Of a stretch of DNA of 64,000 bases, positions 31,025 to 41,884 are shown in pieces. A program made the translations under genes and the position numbers. The first letter of the stretch is position 1; every line of letters starts with the position of its first letter. The stretch comes from Clostridia bacterium. GTDB taxonomy: Bacteria; Bacillota; Clostridia; JAAYHZ01. The stretch is taken from positions 205,181-269,180 of the forward strand of contig JBMNIH010000010.1 in NCBI GenBank assembly GCA_050950825.1. The letters are read 5' to 3'. Below the pieces are notes generated by a model. The model ran no database searches. It saw nothing but the letters and a program-made list of their open reading frames with translations, and was not told the DNA's origin.

Positions 31025-31980
31025 GTCATCTCACCTTTCCCTCTGAATACCAAAACTTCTTTTAAGAAGCGGACGGCTTTTTCCAAGCCTTCTTCCGGAC
31101 TCATGAGGCTGTCTTCGTGTTCGATGCTCAGTACGTCGTCGTAGCCGATCATTCGCAGATTGCTGATGATGTCGTTCCATACTTGGTAGCTGTGTCCGTA
31201 TCCTACGGAACGGAAAATCCAAGAACGGTTGATTTCGTCGGAATAGTGTTTGGTATCTAATACGCCGTTCACTGCGGTATTATACGGATCAACACCGGTA
31301 TCTTTGGCATGGAAATGATATATGGCGCCTTTCAGTTTCCTAATGGAAGCCACCGGATCGATTCCTTGCCAGAAAAGATGGCTCGGATCGTAGTTGGCTC
31401 CGATGGTTTCTCCTACGGCGTTTCTTAACTTCAAAAGGGTTTCGGGATTGTATACGCAAAAGCCGGGATGCATTTCCAGAGCGATTCTTGTAACACCGTG
31501 GTCGTTGGCAAACTTCACGGCTTTTTCCCAGTAAGGTATTAAAACTTCGTTCCATTGGTATTCCAAGATCTTCAGAAAATCATCCGGCCAAGGGCAGGTT
31601 ACCCAGTTGGGATACTTTGCACCCGGATGATCTCCCGGGCATCCGGAGAAGGTGATCACACGATCAATACCCAGCTTTTCCGCCAAAAGAACCGTCTTTT
31701 CAAAATCGTGGTTGAACTTGCCTGCAATATCCTTTTGAGGATGTACGGGATTTCCGTGGCAGCTTAATGCACTGATCTCCAAGTCGTATTTTTTTACGGT
31801 ATCCAAGAATTGCGTGCACAGTTTGTCGTCCTTCAGCAAGACTTCGGGATTGCAGTGAGCATTGCCCGGATATCCGCCGGCTCCGATTTCCACTGCCTGA
31901 ACACCCAGACCCGATAAATATTCCAATGTCTGCTCAAAAGGTTTACCCGAGAACAGAACGGTAAAAACACCTAGCTTCAT
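31015..31980 (-). CDS. sugar phosphate isomerase/epimerase (IolE/AP-endonuclease-2 TIM barrel)
   Basis: LEMHPG, DPSHL, HAKD, SIEHED metal ligands. Confidence 0.88.
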   Translation of the reverse strand: MKLGVFTVLFSGKPFEQTLEYLSGLGVQAVEIGAGGYPGNAHCNPEVLLKDDKLCTQFLDTVKKYDLEISALSCHGNPVHPQKDIAGKFNHDFEKTVLLAEKLGIDRVITFSGCPGDHPGAKYPNWVTCPWPDDFLKILEYQWNEVLIPYWEKAVKFANDHGVTRIALEMHPGFCVYNPETLLKLRNAVGETIGANYDPSHLFWQGIDPVASIRKLKGAIYHFHAKDTGVDPYNTAVNGVLDTKHYSDEINRSWIFRSVGYGHSYQVWNDIISNLRMIGYDDVLSIEHEDSLMSPEEGLEKAVRFLKEVLVFRGKGEMTWA

Positions 31981-31993
31981 AAAAAAACCCTCC

Positions 31994-32986
31994 TTATTTT
32001 ATCATTCTAATATCATTCCCAATAAATCGGTAAGCTAAAAAATCCCCTGCAATACGAGAAGCGATTCTTTCGGTATACATGGTGTACAAGTCCTTGATAC
32101 CGCTGTTGGTGACCAAAATCATTTTGCAAGGGAATGAAAGGTCGTTGTTTTTACGGATTTCCAAAATACTGAGAAGCTGCGCATATCTGGATTCGGTTAG
32201 CTTCTCGGTTCCCATATCGTCCACAACCAACAGATTGCACTGCTTGATTGCGGTATAGTCTTCGGAATCGATATCCTTGTTCAATAAATAGCTTTGGGTA
32301 ATTTCAAAAAGCATGGGAGCGGTGGTTACATAGGCGGAGTAGCCTTTTAAAAGCACTTCATATACTACACAGTTGGCCATGAACGTTTTACCGAGCCCCG
32401 TGCCCCCGGTAAAAAGCATGTTTTTCGTTTCGGGCTTGTGAATGCCGTTAATAAATTCATGGCATTTTTCCCGAATGGCCATGATGTGTTCCCGAGGAGA
32501 TTTTTTCGTTCCGTAAAGCTCCGGATTCGGCTCGTTAGAAAAAAGCTCCGGATTGAATTTTGTAAAGTTTTGAATACCGAATATCTTGTAATCCGGCTCC
32601 TTTTCAATAACCCGTTTGACGATATCCGTATAGCAGGAACAGCGGTCCCCGGATCTTTCAATAAAGCCGGTGTCTTGGCACTTCCCGCAGTTGTATTGGA
32701 CATTCAAATAGTCTTCCGGATAAGAATGCTCCTTCAGCAGCTCTTTTATCTTGGTCTCGTTCTTTTGAAAAGCCAATTGCGTAATTTTTTCGGCTTCTTC
32801 CGCGGAGATCTCACCTTTTAGAATCTGCTTGGAGTAGTCAATACCGATACGGGACAAATCGAAAAAAGCCGATTTTAATTCCGGAATTTCTTTTATCAAT
32901 TGCTTTTTTCTTTTTTCAGCCGACTCAATGGCTTGCTTTTGCAGTCGCCGATACTCCTCGTTGACTAATCGGTGAATCAATCTCAT
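31994..32986 (-). CDS. DnaC/IstB-like ATPase (helicase-loader family)
   Basis: CGKCQDTG...CSC zinc motif, GGTGLGKT Walker A, VVDDMGTE Walker B, RIASR. Confidence 0.85.
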   Translation of the reverse strand: MRLIHRLVNEEYRRLQKQAIESAEKRKKQLIKEIPELKSAFFDLSRIGIDYSKQILKGEISAEEAEKITQLAFQKNETKIKELLKEHSYPEDYLNVQYNCGKCQDTGFIERSGDRCSCYTDIVKRVIEKEPDYKIFGIQNFTKFNPELFSNEPNPELYGTKKSPREHIMAIREKCHEFINGIHKPETKNMLFTGGTGLGKTFMANCVVYEVLLKGYSAYVTTAPMLFEITQSYLLNKDIDSEDYTAIKQCNLLVVDDMGTEKLTESRYAQLLSILEIRKNNDLSFPCKMILVTNSGIKDLYTMYTERIASRIAGDFLAYRFIGNDIRMIK

Positions 32987-32989
32987 TCC

Positions 32990-33979
32990 TTATAGCTCCT
33001 CATACAAACTCTCAAGAAATTCTTTATCGTACTGTCTTTGAGCGAAATTATCCATTTGCTGCGGTTTTTTCGCAGCATCGGCTTTGGTATCCTCCGGCTT
33101 GTCCTTTTGCTTTTTCAAGCCTTCGGCTTCCAACATATCCTGAATAGATTTTACGTCCTTTAGGTTTTTCTCGTACCAGTCGGAAATAATCTTGTCAAAG
33201 TAATTAATATTCGGATTGGTGATTTTCGCCGTGTTTTGCAAAGCCAAGTCAATCACGTCAAAATCGTATCCGTAATCCATAATCCATTTTTCAACGATTT
33301 TCTCCTCGTATTCCGTCAAATTCCTGTAAAGACGAAGCTTTTTGGATATTCGTTCGGATATTTGGGACACTTTGCTTCGTGATTTTAAATAGCTTTGCAA
33401 ATCCAAATCCGTTTTGATATTTCTGGAATACCAGTCCTCCGCCACTTTGGAGATATAGCTGTTGTTGCTCAATGCGTTTCTTTCATGGCATATGTGAAAC
33501 AGCTGGTACATGACATCGGCATCGAATTTGTATTTTTCAAACCAAGTCCCGATATCGCTGTACCAGGAAATACCCATAACACCTTGAAAAAACTCGTTGT
33601 TAATGGCCCGAATAACCATTTCCTGCTCTTTTGTCATTTTCCACTTGGCTTTCTTGGTATCCTGCTTATTCTCAATGTACTTTTGGACCTCTTTGTCTTT
33701 TATGTCGGTAAGGACGTAAATTTTCTTGTCCAATGCAGCCAAGCCGTTTTCCAAAAAGAAGACAAAAGCGTCTTTTACCTTCTCGATGCTCATGTTCAGA
33801 CCGCAGGCAATGGCGTTTTCGTTTATGGGTTTATTGTATTTGTCTAGGAACAAGCAATATATGTACACCTTAAAATAGTCGGAGTCCATTTGCGATGCGT
33901 ATTGATTGATAAAAATATCCGGAACCGGGGTATCGGAATACAGCATCTTTTTTGCAATATTAAAACCTTTTATTTCCAT
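32990..33979 (-). CDS. DnaD-domain protein (two DnaD/DnaB_2 domains)
   Basis: T.VPDIFI N-terminus; YISKVAEDW and YFDKIISDW motifs; NFAQRQY tail. Confidence 0.85.
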   Translation of the reverse strand: MEIKGFNIAKKMLYSDTPVPDIFINQYASQMDSDYFKVYIYCLFLDKYNKPINENAIACGLNMSIEKVKDAFVFFLENGLAALDKKIYVLTDIKDKEVQKYIENKQDTKKAKWKMTKEQEMVIRAINNEFFQGVMGISWYSDIGTWFEKYKFDADVMYQLFHICHERNALSNNSYISKVAEDWYSRNIKTDLDLQSYLKSRSKVSQISERISKKLRLYRNLTEYEEKIVEKWIMDYGYDFDVIDLALQNTAKITNPNINYFDKIISDWYEKNLKDVKSIQDMLEAEGLKKQKDKPEDTKADAAKKPQQMDNFAQRQYDKEFLESLYEEL

Positions 33980-34034
33980 TTATACCACCCTACTAAATAA
34001 AATGACTGAAGAAGCAAGTAAACGTACACCCGAT

Positions 34035-35147
34035 TTATATTCTAATGCTTTTCTTAAAGTTTTCCGGATTCAATCCGCTTAAGGCTTCGTCTGTAAACAA
34101 TCCGTCTTTTCTAATCAGCTTTCCGTCAAAATAAATGGAGCCTCCTCCGTAAGCGGGAGTATGGCATTGAATAATATCCCAATGGATGGAAGAAACATTA
34201 TCACCGCCGGAACCGGGTGTGAAGTGAATGCTTCCGGTCATTTTTTCATCGAACAAAGTGTCCGTTATGTGTCGGTCCATATAGGGGTTGACGCCGATGG
34301 CAAACTCTCCGATATACCTTGCACCGGGGTCAATGTCCAACACTTTATTTATGCGCTCCGTATCGTTGGCGGTCGCACGAACGATTTTACCGTCCTTAAA
34401 GGTAAAGGATATGTTTTGGTAGGTAAAGCCGTGAAAATTGCTGGGTACGTTATACGTAATCGTTCCGTTTACCGACTCTTTGATCGGTGCCAAGCAAATT
34501 TCTCCGTCGGGAATATTGGCTTTTCCGCAGCATATGCCGCTTTCCCTGCCTTTAATGGAAAATTCCAAATCCGTATCCTTTGCAACGATTCGTACACGGT
34601 CGGTTTTGTCCATCAATTCTTTTAACGGCAGCATGAGCTCTCTTAGCTTTTCATAGTCCAAGCCGCATACGGCAAAATAGTAGTCCTCGAAAGCCTCCGT
34701 ACTCATGCCCGCCTGCTGGGCCATAGAAGATGAAGGATAGCGCAGTACGCACCATTTCGTATGCTTTACCCGATGTTCAAGATGAAGCCTGCCGTAAAAT
34801 TCGTTGTATAAATTCATTTTATCTTCGGGGACATCGGACAATTCCGTAATGTTGTTCGATTTTCTTACGGCGATATAGGCGTTCATATCCTGCATACGCA
34901 AAAGCTCGTATTTGAATAAAGCGTCCATCTGTTCTTTTGTAGCGTTCATTAAAAGAGCTCTTTTGATGGTATTGGATTCCTGATTGACAAAAGGAATACC
35001 GCCCGCCTCGTAAGCGGCCTCCACCAAAGCCACCGCAAAATCGTCGGCATGGTCGTATATGTCGATGAGTATTTTCTCACCTTTTTGTAAGTTAACCGAA
35101 TACCGGATCAATCGTTGGGCCAGCTGCTGAATTCTCGGGTCACGCAT
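34035..35147 (-). CDS. aminopeptidase, peptidase M29 family
   Basis: NIPDGE, GEFAIG, LFDEK, SIHWD motifs. Confidence 0.9.
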   Translation of the reverse strand: MRDPRIQQLAQRLIRYSVNLQKGEKILIDIYDHADDFAVALVEAAYEAGGIPFVNQESNTIKRALLMNATKEQMDALFKYELLRMQDMNAYIAVRKSNNITELSDVPEDKMNLYNEFYGRLHLEHRVKHTKWCVLRYPSSSMAQQAGMSTEAFEDYYFAVCGLDYEKLRELMLPLKELMDKTDRVRIVAKDTDLEFSIKGRESGICCGKANIPDGEICLAPIKESVNGTITYNVPSNFHGFTYQNISFTFKDGKIVRATANDTERINKVLDIDPGARYIGEFAIGVNPYMDRHITDTLFDEKMTGSIHFTPGSGGDNVSSIHWDIIQCHTPAYGGGSIYFDGKLIRKDGLFTDEALSGLNPENFKKSIRI

Positions 35148-35405
35148 AAATAAATCTCCTTTATAAGCCTTTTCCTGCTAGACAAGCGCTAATATTATAC
35201 TATCACAATCGAATTCCGTGTGCAATTCGCCCGGTCTTTTTTGTCATAACGGTGCGAATTCACGAGAAAGGAGTTGAAAAAAAGGGGGAAATGATGTTTT
35301 GACGGTAAAAATCTAAAGGAAAAGCGAAATGAAATATAATGGAAATCAAAAAAAACAATTGATTTTTTTTTGGTTTTGTATTATTATAATCCATGCCGTT
35401 ATCAT

Positions 35406-35482
35406 GTGCCCATGGCTCAATTGGATAGAGCACTCGGCTACGGACCGAGGGATTAGGGGTTCAAGTCCTCTTGGGCACGCCA
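35406..35482 (+). tRNA. tRNA-Arg(ACG)
   Basis: acceptor GTGCCCA/TGGGCAC, anticodon loop CT-ACG-GA, TTCAAGT T-loop, encoded CCA. Confidence 0.95.
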
Positions 35483-35484
35483 CG

Positions 35485-35517
35485 AAAAGAGAAGCAAAAC
35501 ATGTGCTTCTCTTTTTT
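35485..35517 (+). terminator. terminator after tRNA-Arg
   Basis: AAAAGAGAAGCA...TGCTTCTCTTTTTT. Confidence 0.75.
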
Positions 35518-35753
35518 GCTATAAAAAATCTTTAATAGACCGGTTTGAAGATCGGTTCCGCAAATATAGAGAAATAATGATTACCGTTCCGCGATTCTCA
35601 CAGGCAATAAAAGAGGTCAAAAAAATGATGCAAACGAACAGCCGTCTTTTCATTCTGAAAGATACCATATCGAATCATCCTTTTTTGTATGATATATGTT
35701 AACATGAAGGTGTATTCGATACTATGAAAGCTGTCAATATATCGGAAGAAAGG

Positions 35754-38700
35754 ATGGGTTTTACGATGAATATCCGTATTTTAACCATCTCGCCTACCGT
35801 GTTTCTTAAGACGATTAACGGCGAGCTCAAGCAGTTGATCAGGATAACCTTTTGGAACGGCCAAGAAGCGGCAAAAGGCAATTTGTCGGTTCATGTCGGC
35901 CGCGAGCACTTAATATATCCTCTATCCGATATCAAGCAAGGGGAATGCGTTCAAGAGGTCTTTATCCCGCTTTTAAAAGAAAAAACAAAGGTCGTATTCC
36001 TATTGGCAATTAACGATTCGGTGGCGGACCGTAAAGAAATATGTATGGATCCTCCGAGAAAATGGGTTGTCCATGTGGTACAGCTTTCACACCACGACGC
36101 GGGATATACCGATTTGCCTTCAAGAGTTTTAAAGGAGCATTACGAGATCGCTGGACAAGGCCATCGATATGGCGGAGAGCACCGAGGATTTTCCCGATGA
36201 TGCAAAATTCAGAATTGTGATTGAGCAAGCATGGTCGATCGACCGTTTCATCAAGAATGCTCCCGATTCAAGAAAAGCAAAAATGATAGAGCTGTTACGT
36301 TCCGGAAGATTTGAGCTTACGGCATTGTTCGGCAATATGACCACCGAAATTTGCGGCCACGAGGTGTTAGCAAGATCCGTTTACCATGCTTTCGGACTTC
36401 AAAGAAAATACGGCATTCCCATTGTTTCTGCGGAGCACAACGATATTACGGGGATAAGCCGGGGTTTATCCCAAGTACTTACCGAGGCGGGCATAAAAAT
36501 ATTCTGTCCGGGCATTCCGAATTACTACGATTGGGGATCCATGAAGCTGCAATCCATTTGGGATCAAAAAAGAATTTTCGGACATGAAGGACCCGGCGCC
36601 TTTTGGTGGGAGGCTCCTTCCGGTAAAAGGGTACTTTTTTGGTGCAACAACTCCGGCAACGGAGGCGACGTAAGGGCATCCATGCCGGATCTGGCGGGGC
36701 GGCTTTGGGAGCTTTCGGCTTCCGATTATCCGTATTCCGTCATTCGCTGGCCGGTGACAAGCGGCGCCAGAGACAATGCTCCGTATATCGAAGGATATGC
36801 CCAAAAGATAAAAGAATGGAATGAAAAGTGGGATTATCCGCACCTGATATGCAGCACCAATGCCAAATTTTACGAAGATATTAAAAACCGGCTGACTGAG
36901 GATCTTCCGGTTTTCCGCGGTGAGCTTGCGGGGCAGGACTATCCCGTAGGGGCGATTTCCACCGCCGCGGCAACGGCCGTTGCCAGGCAAACGCATTCGT
37001 CGTTGATATCCGCCGAGAAATTGGCAACCGCTGCGACACTTTGTATAAATTGGCCCGACCAAAGCGAGCAAATATCCGAAGCGTACGAGGATGCGCTTTG
37101 GTACGGCGAGCATACATGGGGTTATCACTTTCCGTGCGGTCCCGCCGTGAAGGCTTCGGAATACGAAAAAACTCTTCATGCTTATAAATCGGCGGCATTG
37201 GCTCACGAGGTACTGAACAAGGCCATGGCCGGCATCGCGGATGCGGTAAAAAAAGAAGAGGACGGCCTTTATCTTGTGGTTTTCAATACACTGTCCTTTG
37301 AAAGAACCGCTCCCGTACGCGCTCCTTTAAGAGAATTCGATAACATCGGAAGCACCATGAAGACCGTTCCTCCCGAAGAGGATGAAAAAGGAGCGGGCTA
37401 CCAAAAGGGAGTCCTTTTATATGTGCGCTGGCATGTAAACCCGGGATTGTTCGTTACGGAAGGAAAATTCGACCTTGTTGACGTATCGACCGGTGAAATC
37501 GTACCCTTTCAAATATTGGATATTGAAGATTCTTCGGATACGGTGCCTTATGCGGCGGAACGGACGGGATTAGGCTCCGGAACAAAAAGATTAGGCCTGT
37601 TTGAGGATCCCATAGGGTTGAAAAAGGACCTGTGCTTTATCGCAAAAAACGTACCTCCGATGGGATATAAGGCTTATCGATTGACGCCGAGGACAACACG
37701 GCCTGTTTTTAAGAATAGCCTAATGAAAGCTTCTCCTTTCGTCATTGAGAACGAGTATTACCGGGTGGAAGTCGATGAAAGGACGGGAAATGTAACGAGC
37801 ATTACGGACAAGACTATGGCACGGGAGTTGGTTGAACAATGCTCCTACGGGTTTTTCGATATGATCGTAAGAGAGAAAAATTCTTTGGAGGAGCACCGTA
37901 CCCGATGCATAAGCGTTCGAAAAAAGGCGGAGGGACCCGTTTGCGCTTCCATCGAAATGAAAAAAACCGTATACGGCCATCCTGCAATCACCTCCACCGT
38001 TACATTATACGAAGAGATAAAACAAATCCGATTTGATACAAGGATTCTAAAAGACGCCGTTCCTTTGCTGAATGCACATATCGCTTTTCCTTTCCGTATG
38101 GATAACCCGAAATTTAGGTATGAGGGGGTTTTGTCCGACATGAATCCCATTGAGGACTATCTTCCCGGTTCCTACTCGGATACGATTGCGGTACAAAACG
38201 CAGCGAAAATTACGGACGGAAGGTACAGCATTCTTTGGTCAAGCCTTGATGCACCCATTGTCGAGTTCGGCGGATTATGGCAAGGGTATACTTCTCCCGC
38301 CCACCGGTGTGTATGCGACGAAAGCCTCAAACGTCCGCCCTTAACAACGGAGGATTTGAAAAAGGGTTTTATCTTTTCCCAGGTTTTTAACAACAACTTC
38401 GGTACCAATTTTTACGTATCCCAAACAGGGGACGTTTTGTTCCGATATTGCATTACCACCGAAGAAGGCGATGTTTCCGACGCCCAAGGGGCGGCATTCG
38501 GTTGGCAGGCGGTAACGGGACTCGAGCAGATATTCACCGACAGCGGGAAATACGGTTTGCTGCCACCGGCTTTCGGCTTTATGGAAGTTGATAATGACAA
38601 TGCGGTAATCTTAAGCTATAAAAAAGCGGAGGACGGAAACGGAATCATCATCCGCATATGGAACAAAAGCGATAACGAGGAAACGGTTCGTATCGGCTTG

Positions 38701-38847
38701 AAATATTTCCGGATCCGTGACGTGAAAAGGACAAGTATTGCCGAAATCGATCTTGATGAAAGATTAAAGCACGATGAAAACAGCTTTACGGCCGTACTTC
38801 CGAAAAATTCCGTTATTACCGTACGGGCGGAAGGTAAGCCTTTCTAA
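35754..38847 (+). pseudogene. GH38-like glycoside hydrolase, split by a +1 frameshift at about 36144-36150
   Basis: SHHDAGY zinc motif in upstream piece; EHTWG, FNTLSFER and C-terminal KKAED..IIRIWN in downstream piece; removing one base gives HYEMLDKAIDMAE. Confidence 0.75.
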
Positions 38848-38921
38848 ATTTTATTTACCCCGTAACCTTGTTATGGTACAATGTGCATATTAACGAGAAA
38901 CAGTTTTTAAGCGAAAGGGTT

Positions 38922-39785
38922 ATGATGGAAACGGGAAAGAAAAAAAGAAGATCGATTTGGTGGAGCTTGCTTCTTGTTTTTATCTATTTATGGATGCAAG
39001 TAATGACGGCTCTTGCTTTCGCATTGTTTGCGGGAGTTCGCTATGCTCTGAAGCTTAATAAAGGAGATTCCGACCTCGTTTTCGGAATCGACCCGATCCC
39101 CACGGAATTATCCGCCGAATTCATACTGCTCATTCTTTTTGTTTCGGCCGTTTTGTCTTTAGCGCTGTGTTTTTTGGTATACAAATTGCGCAAAATCCCT
39201 ATAGCGGACCATCTAAAATGGAGAATTCCGCCTGCAAGGCTGATTTTTTCGGCCATTCCTACGGGCTTGTCCATCGAATTTGTCTCCATCTTTTTATTCT
39301 CCATTACGGCGATTTTCTTCAAAAAATCGGCGGAATCCTATGAGTCCATGGTTCAGGGGCTGGTAGAATCGCCTTTTGCATTTATCGTTATCGGTATTAT
39401 TGCTCCCATTGTTGAAGATCTCATCTTCCGGGGCTTTATACTTAACGAGCTTCGTAAAGACTATTCTTTGAAAACCGCATTGATTATCCAAGCGGTGCTT
39501 TTCGGTGTCATGCATTTGAATGTTGCCCAAGGTCTGTATGCCGTATTGGCAGGCCTGGTTTTAGGGCTGATTGCCGTAGAAGCCAAGTCGGTCATTCCCG
39601 CCATTATCGGACATATCGTCATGAACAGCTCGGCACTATTGTTGTCGAATGTCCAAGAAGACACCTTGGCGACTTTGTTCCTTCCTATCGTCATGATGTC
39701 GGTATTCTTTATGTTTTTTGCCGTCCGCAGAGCCGTTCGCGGTATCAAGGCATCCGCAGTCGAGAATGCGGAAACGGCGGAATAG
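38922..39785 (+). CDS. CPBP (CAAX/Abi) intramembrane metalloprotease
   Basis: APIVEDLIFRG, FGVMH, HIVMN motifs; multi-TM. Confidence 0.88.
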   Translation: MMETGKKKRRSIWWSLLLVFIYLWMQVMTALAFALFAGVRYALKLNKGDSDLVFGIDPIPTELSAEFILLILFVSAVLSLALCFLVYKLRKIPIADHLKWRIPPARLIFSAIPTGLSIEFVSIFLFSITAIFFKKSAESYESMVQGLVESPFAFIVIGIIAPIVEDLIFRGFILNELRKDYSLKTALIIQAVLFGVMHLNVAQGLYAVLAGLVLGLIAVEAKSVIPAIIGHIVMNSSALLLSNVQEDTLATLFLPIVMMSVFFMFFAVRRAVRGIKASAVENAETAE

Positions 39786-39935
39786 CATTTTTTAATCGTA
39801 ACCCATGAAAAAACGGATTAGCGTAAAGTAAGTTTCGGATAATAATCAATGGAAGAATATAACAAATAGAAAGAGGACCCCGATTGTGATATGATTAAAT
39901 TTCCATACAAAAAATCACAAAGGAAGGTGTCCTCT

Positions 39936-41420
39936 ATGTATAAAAGTATACTACATTTTATTGAAAATGGGTTAGTCGAAATTGAAAAAATGATGGGTGA
40001 TATTCTGGCAGGTAAAAAAGATGCCGATGATTTGACTGCACTCGTTAATAAAGTTACGTCAACGTTAGCGGTCAGCCTTATAGCGGATTTGTACGAGAAA
40101 GCTGATAACGATATACGAGAAAGCAGCGTGAGAAAAAAGTATTGGAATGTCGAGCACAGGAACAAAAAGAAAACCATCGTAGATGTCATGGGTAAGGTTG
40201 AATTCTGCCGAACCGGATATTGTGCGAAAGGAACGGGTGAGTATGTATATCTTTTGGATCAGGTGCTCGGATTTGAACCGCACCAGAAGGTAACGCTAGG
40301 CGCAGCTGCGAGAGCCTTGGAAGAAAGTATAGACAGCAGTTACCGCAAAGGCGGAGAGAATGCAAGCATAAAAGCGGAAGAAGGCATTAGCAAACAAGCC
40401 GTGATGGATCTGGTACATGAGATTGAGGCGGACATGCCGATGCCGGAACCGGAAGGAAAGAAGAAGATAAAAAGGCTTCATGTCATAGCCGATGAAGATC
40501 ATGTGGCGGCACAGTTTTGGAATGAAAAGGGCGATTTGAAGCGAGATGCGAGGGGCCATAAGATTAATACCCTGATGCCTAAGCTTGTTTGTGTATTCGA
40601 GGATATTATCAATGAATCGGGGGAAGCATCCAAGAATCCCAGATATAAGCTGATCGGAAAAAAATACTTTTGCGGTATTTACGAGGGTGGCAAAGGCAAC
40701 GAAAAGCTTTGGATGGAGGTTGCCGAATACATAGAAAAAACATACGATACGGACTATCTTGAGAGAATATACGTAGTCGGAGACGGAGCTTCGTGGATAA
40801 AAAAAGGATGCGAATATTTGGAGAACAGCAAATATGTCCTTGATAAATACCATATGATGAAATATATAAACAGGTCAGTGGCGCATCTTTACGATAGCGC
40901 GGACGAGGTGAAAGACTGGATTTGGGGAGCCTTGAATCGTTTGGACAAAAAGGAATTGAAGAATATCTATGAGCAGATCCTGAAGGTTACGGAAAGTGAA
41001 AACAAGAAGCAAGAAGTGGAAGATGCGTTAAGATATTTTCTAAATCATTGGCAAGGGATAAAAACCCGAGTGGAAGAAACAAGCGGCTGGACATATTGCA
41101 TAGAAGGGCAAATAAGCCATGTATTGTCGGCAAGAATGAGCAGCAGACCAATGGGATGGAGCGAATTGGGTTGCGACCGCATGGCAAGGCTCAGAGCGTA
41201 CAAAAGAAACGGCGGTAAGATTCTTGACTTGCTAAAATATCAAAAACAACGAAAAAAGCAAAAGGAAAGGCGTGAAGCACAAGAAGAATTGATAAGAGAT
41301 CTGAGAAGAAGACATTCAAAATGGACGTATGCGGAAGATACCAGACGTCACATACATGGTTTGGAAAGGAGCAGTATGAAGTGGCTAAAGAATATGACCA
41401 CACTGGCTTGGGACGCATAA
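39936..41420 (+). CDS. ISLre2-family (UPF0236) transposase
   Basis: ADEDHV, GDGASWI, LDKYH, IEGQISHVLSARMSSRPMGWS motifs; ATG after AGGAAGGTG. Confidence 0.9.
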   Translation: MYKSILHFIENGLVEIEKMMGDILAGKKDADDLTALVNKVTSTLAVSLIADLYEKADNDIRESSVRKKYWNVEHRNKKKTIVDVMGKVEFCRTGYCAKGTGEYVYLLDQVLGFEPHQKVTLGAAARALEESIDSSYRKGGENASIKAEEGISKQAVMDLVHEIEADMPMPEPEGKKKIKRLHVIADEDHVAAQFWNEKGDLKRDARGHKINTLMPKLVCVFEDIINESGEASKNPRYKLIGKKYFCGIYEGGKGNEKLWMEVAEYIEKTYDTDYLERIYVVGDGASWIKKGCEYLENSKYVLDKYHMMKYINRSVAHLYDSADEVKDWIWGALNRLDKKELKNIYEQILKVTESENKKQEVEDALRYFLNHWQGIKTRVEETSGWTYCIEGQISHVLSARMSSRPMGWSELGCDRMARLRAYKRNGGKILDLLKYQKQRKKQKERREAQEELIRDLRRRHSKWTYAEDTRRHIHGLERSSMKWLKNMTTLAWDA

Positions 41421-41463
41421 GCAGCTTGAACCGCTATGACTTTGTAACCGTGTGACGGTAGGC

Positions 41464-41627
41464 TTTATGCCGCGAAAGTCGCTTTACGATGAGTAGACGG
41501 CATGTTAGGCTTGTCTGCCTGGCATCAAACACACAAAGCCGTATCCGGCTTCACCCTGTAGGAAGATGCCGCAGAGGCCACTAAACATGCCGGCAGAGGC
41601 TCGTCGTAAAGCGAACCGTGGAATAAA
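41464..41627 (+). ncRNA. putative structured RNA in the ISLre2 3' non-coding end
   Basis: nested helices 41479-41493/41600-41614 (15 bp, one G-U), 41498-41506/41584-41592, 41514-41518/41571-41575, 41521-41526/41565-41570 and apical hairpin 41536-41551. Confidence 0.45.
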
Positions 41628-41884
41628 TGAGTACTTTACTTGTGCATTTGCTATTGTCTTCATGAATTCTTGAATAGGGGTGATGTGTAATAATCAATTA
41701 AAAAAACAAATGTGGAAAAATTGATGGAAATGATATATGATACAGACAAGATTTAATCTTATCATAAGGGTGAACTCTCTCTTTTTATTTCCGAATGTAT
41801 ATTGACGCTATCAAAAAACGGTAAATGTTTGTATTTATCATTCTTTTGAGGTAGAATAAATACAACACAGCAAGGAGGAAAATC

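Larger units (their letters stand above)
39817..41812 (+). mobile_element. ISLre2-family insertion sequence (1996 bp)
   Basis: 9-bp direct repeat AAAAAACGG at 39808-39816 and 41813-41821; imperfect ~29-bp terminal IRs (ATTAGCGTAAAGTAAGTTTCGGATAATAA vs reverse complement GATAGCGTCAATATACATTCGGAAATAAA); single transposase. Confidence 0.88.

Noticed and set aside
31994-33979. DnaD + DnaC-like pair as a prophage replication module
   Set aside because: No phage structural, integrase or repressor genes nearby, host-like composition, and this pair is a common chromosomal locus in Clostridia.
35329-35535. 68-aa ORF
   Set aside because: Overlaps tRNA-Arg and its promoter and terminator.
35406-35750. 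tRNA-Arg as an occupied integration site
   Set aside because: No integrase, no duplicated tRNA 3' end seen and no clear composition shift.
41464-41627. 6S RNA or SRP RNA call for the rod-like structure
   Set aside because: It lies inside IS boundaries, and I see neither the SRP domain IV motif nor a large 6S-type central bubble.
41802-41857. IS-derived hybrid promoter (TTGACG in the right IR) activating the aldo/keto reductase
   Set aside because: No -10 at suitable spacing; a native TTGTAT-17-TAGAAT promoter (41829-41857) lies intact outside the IS.
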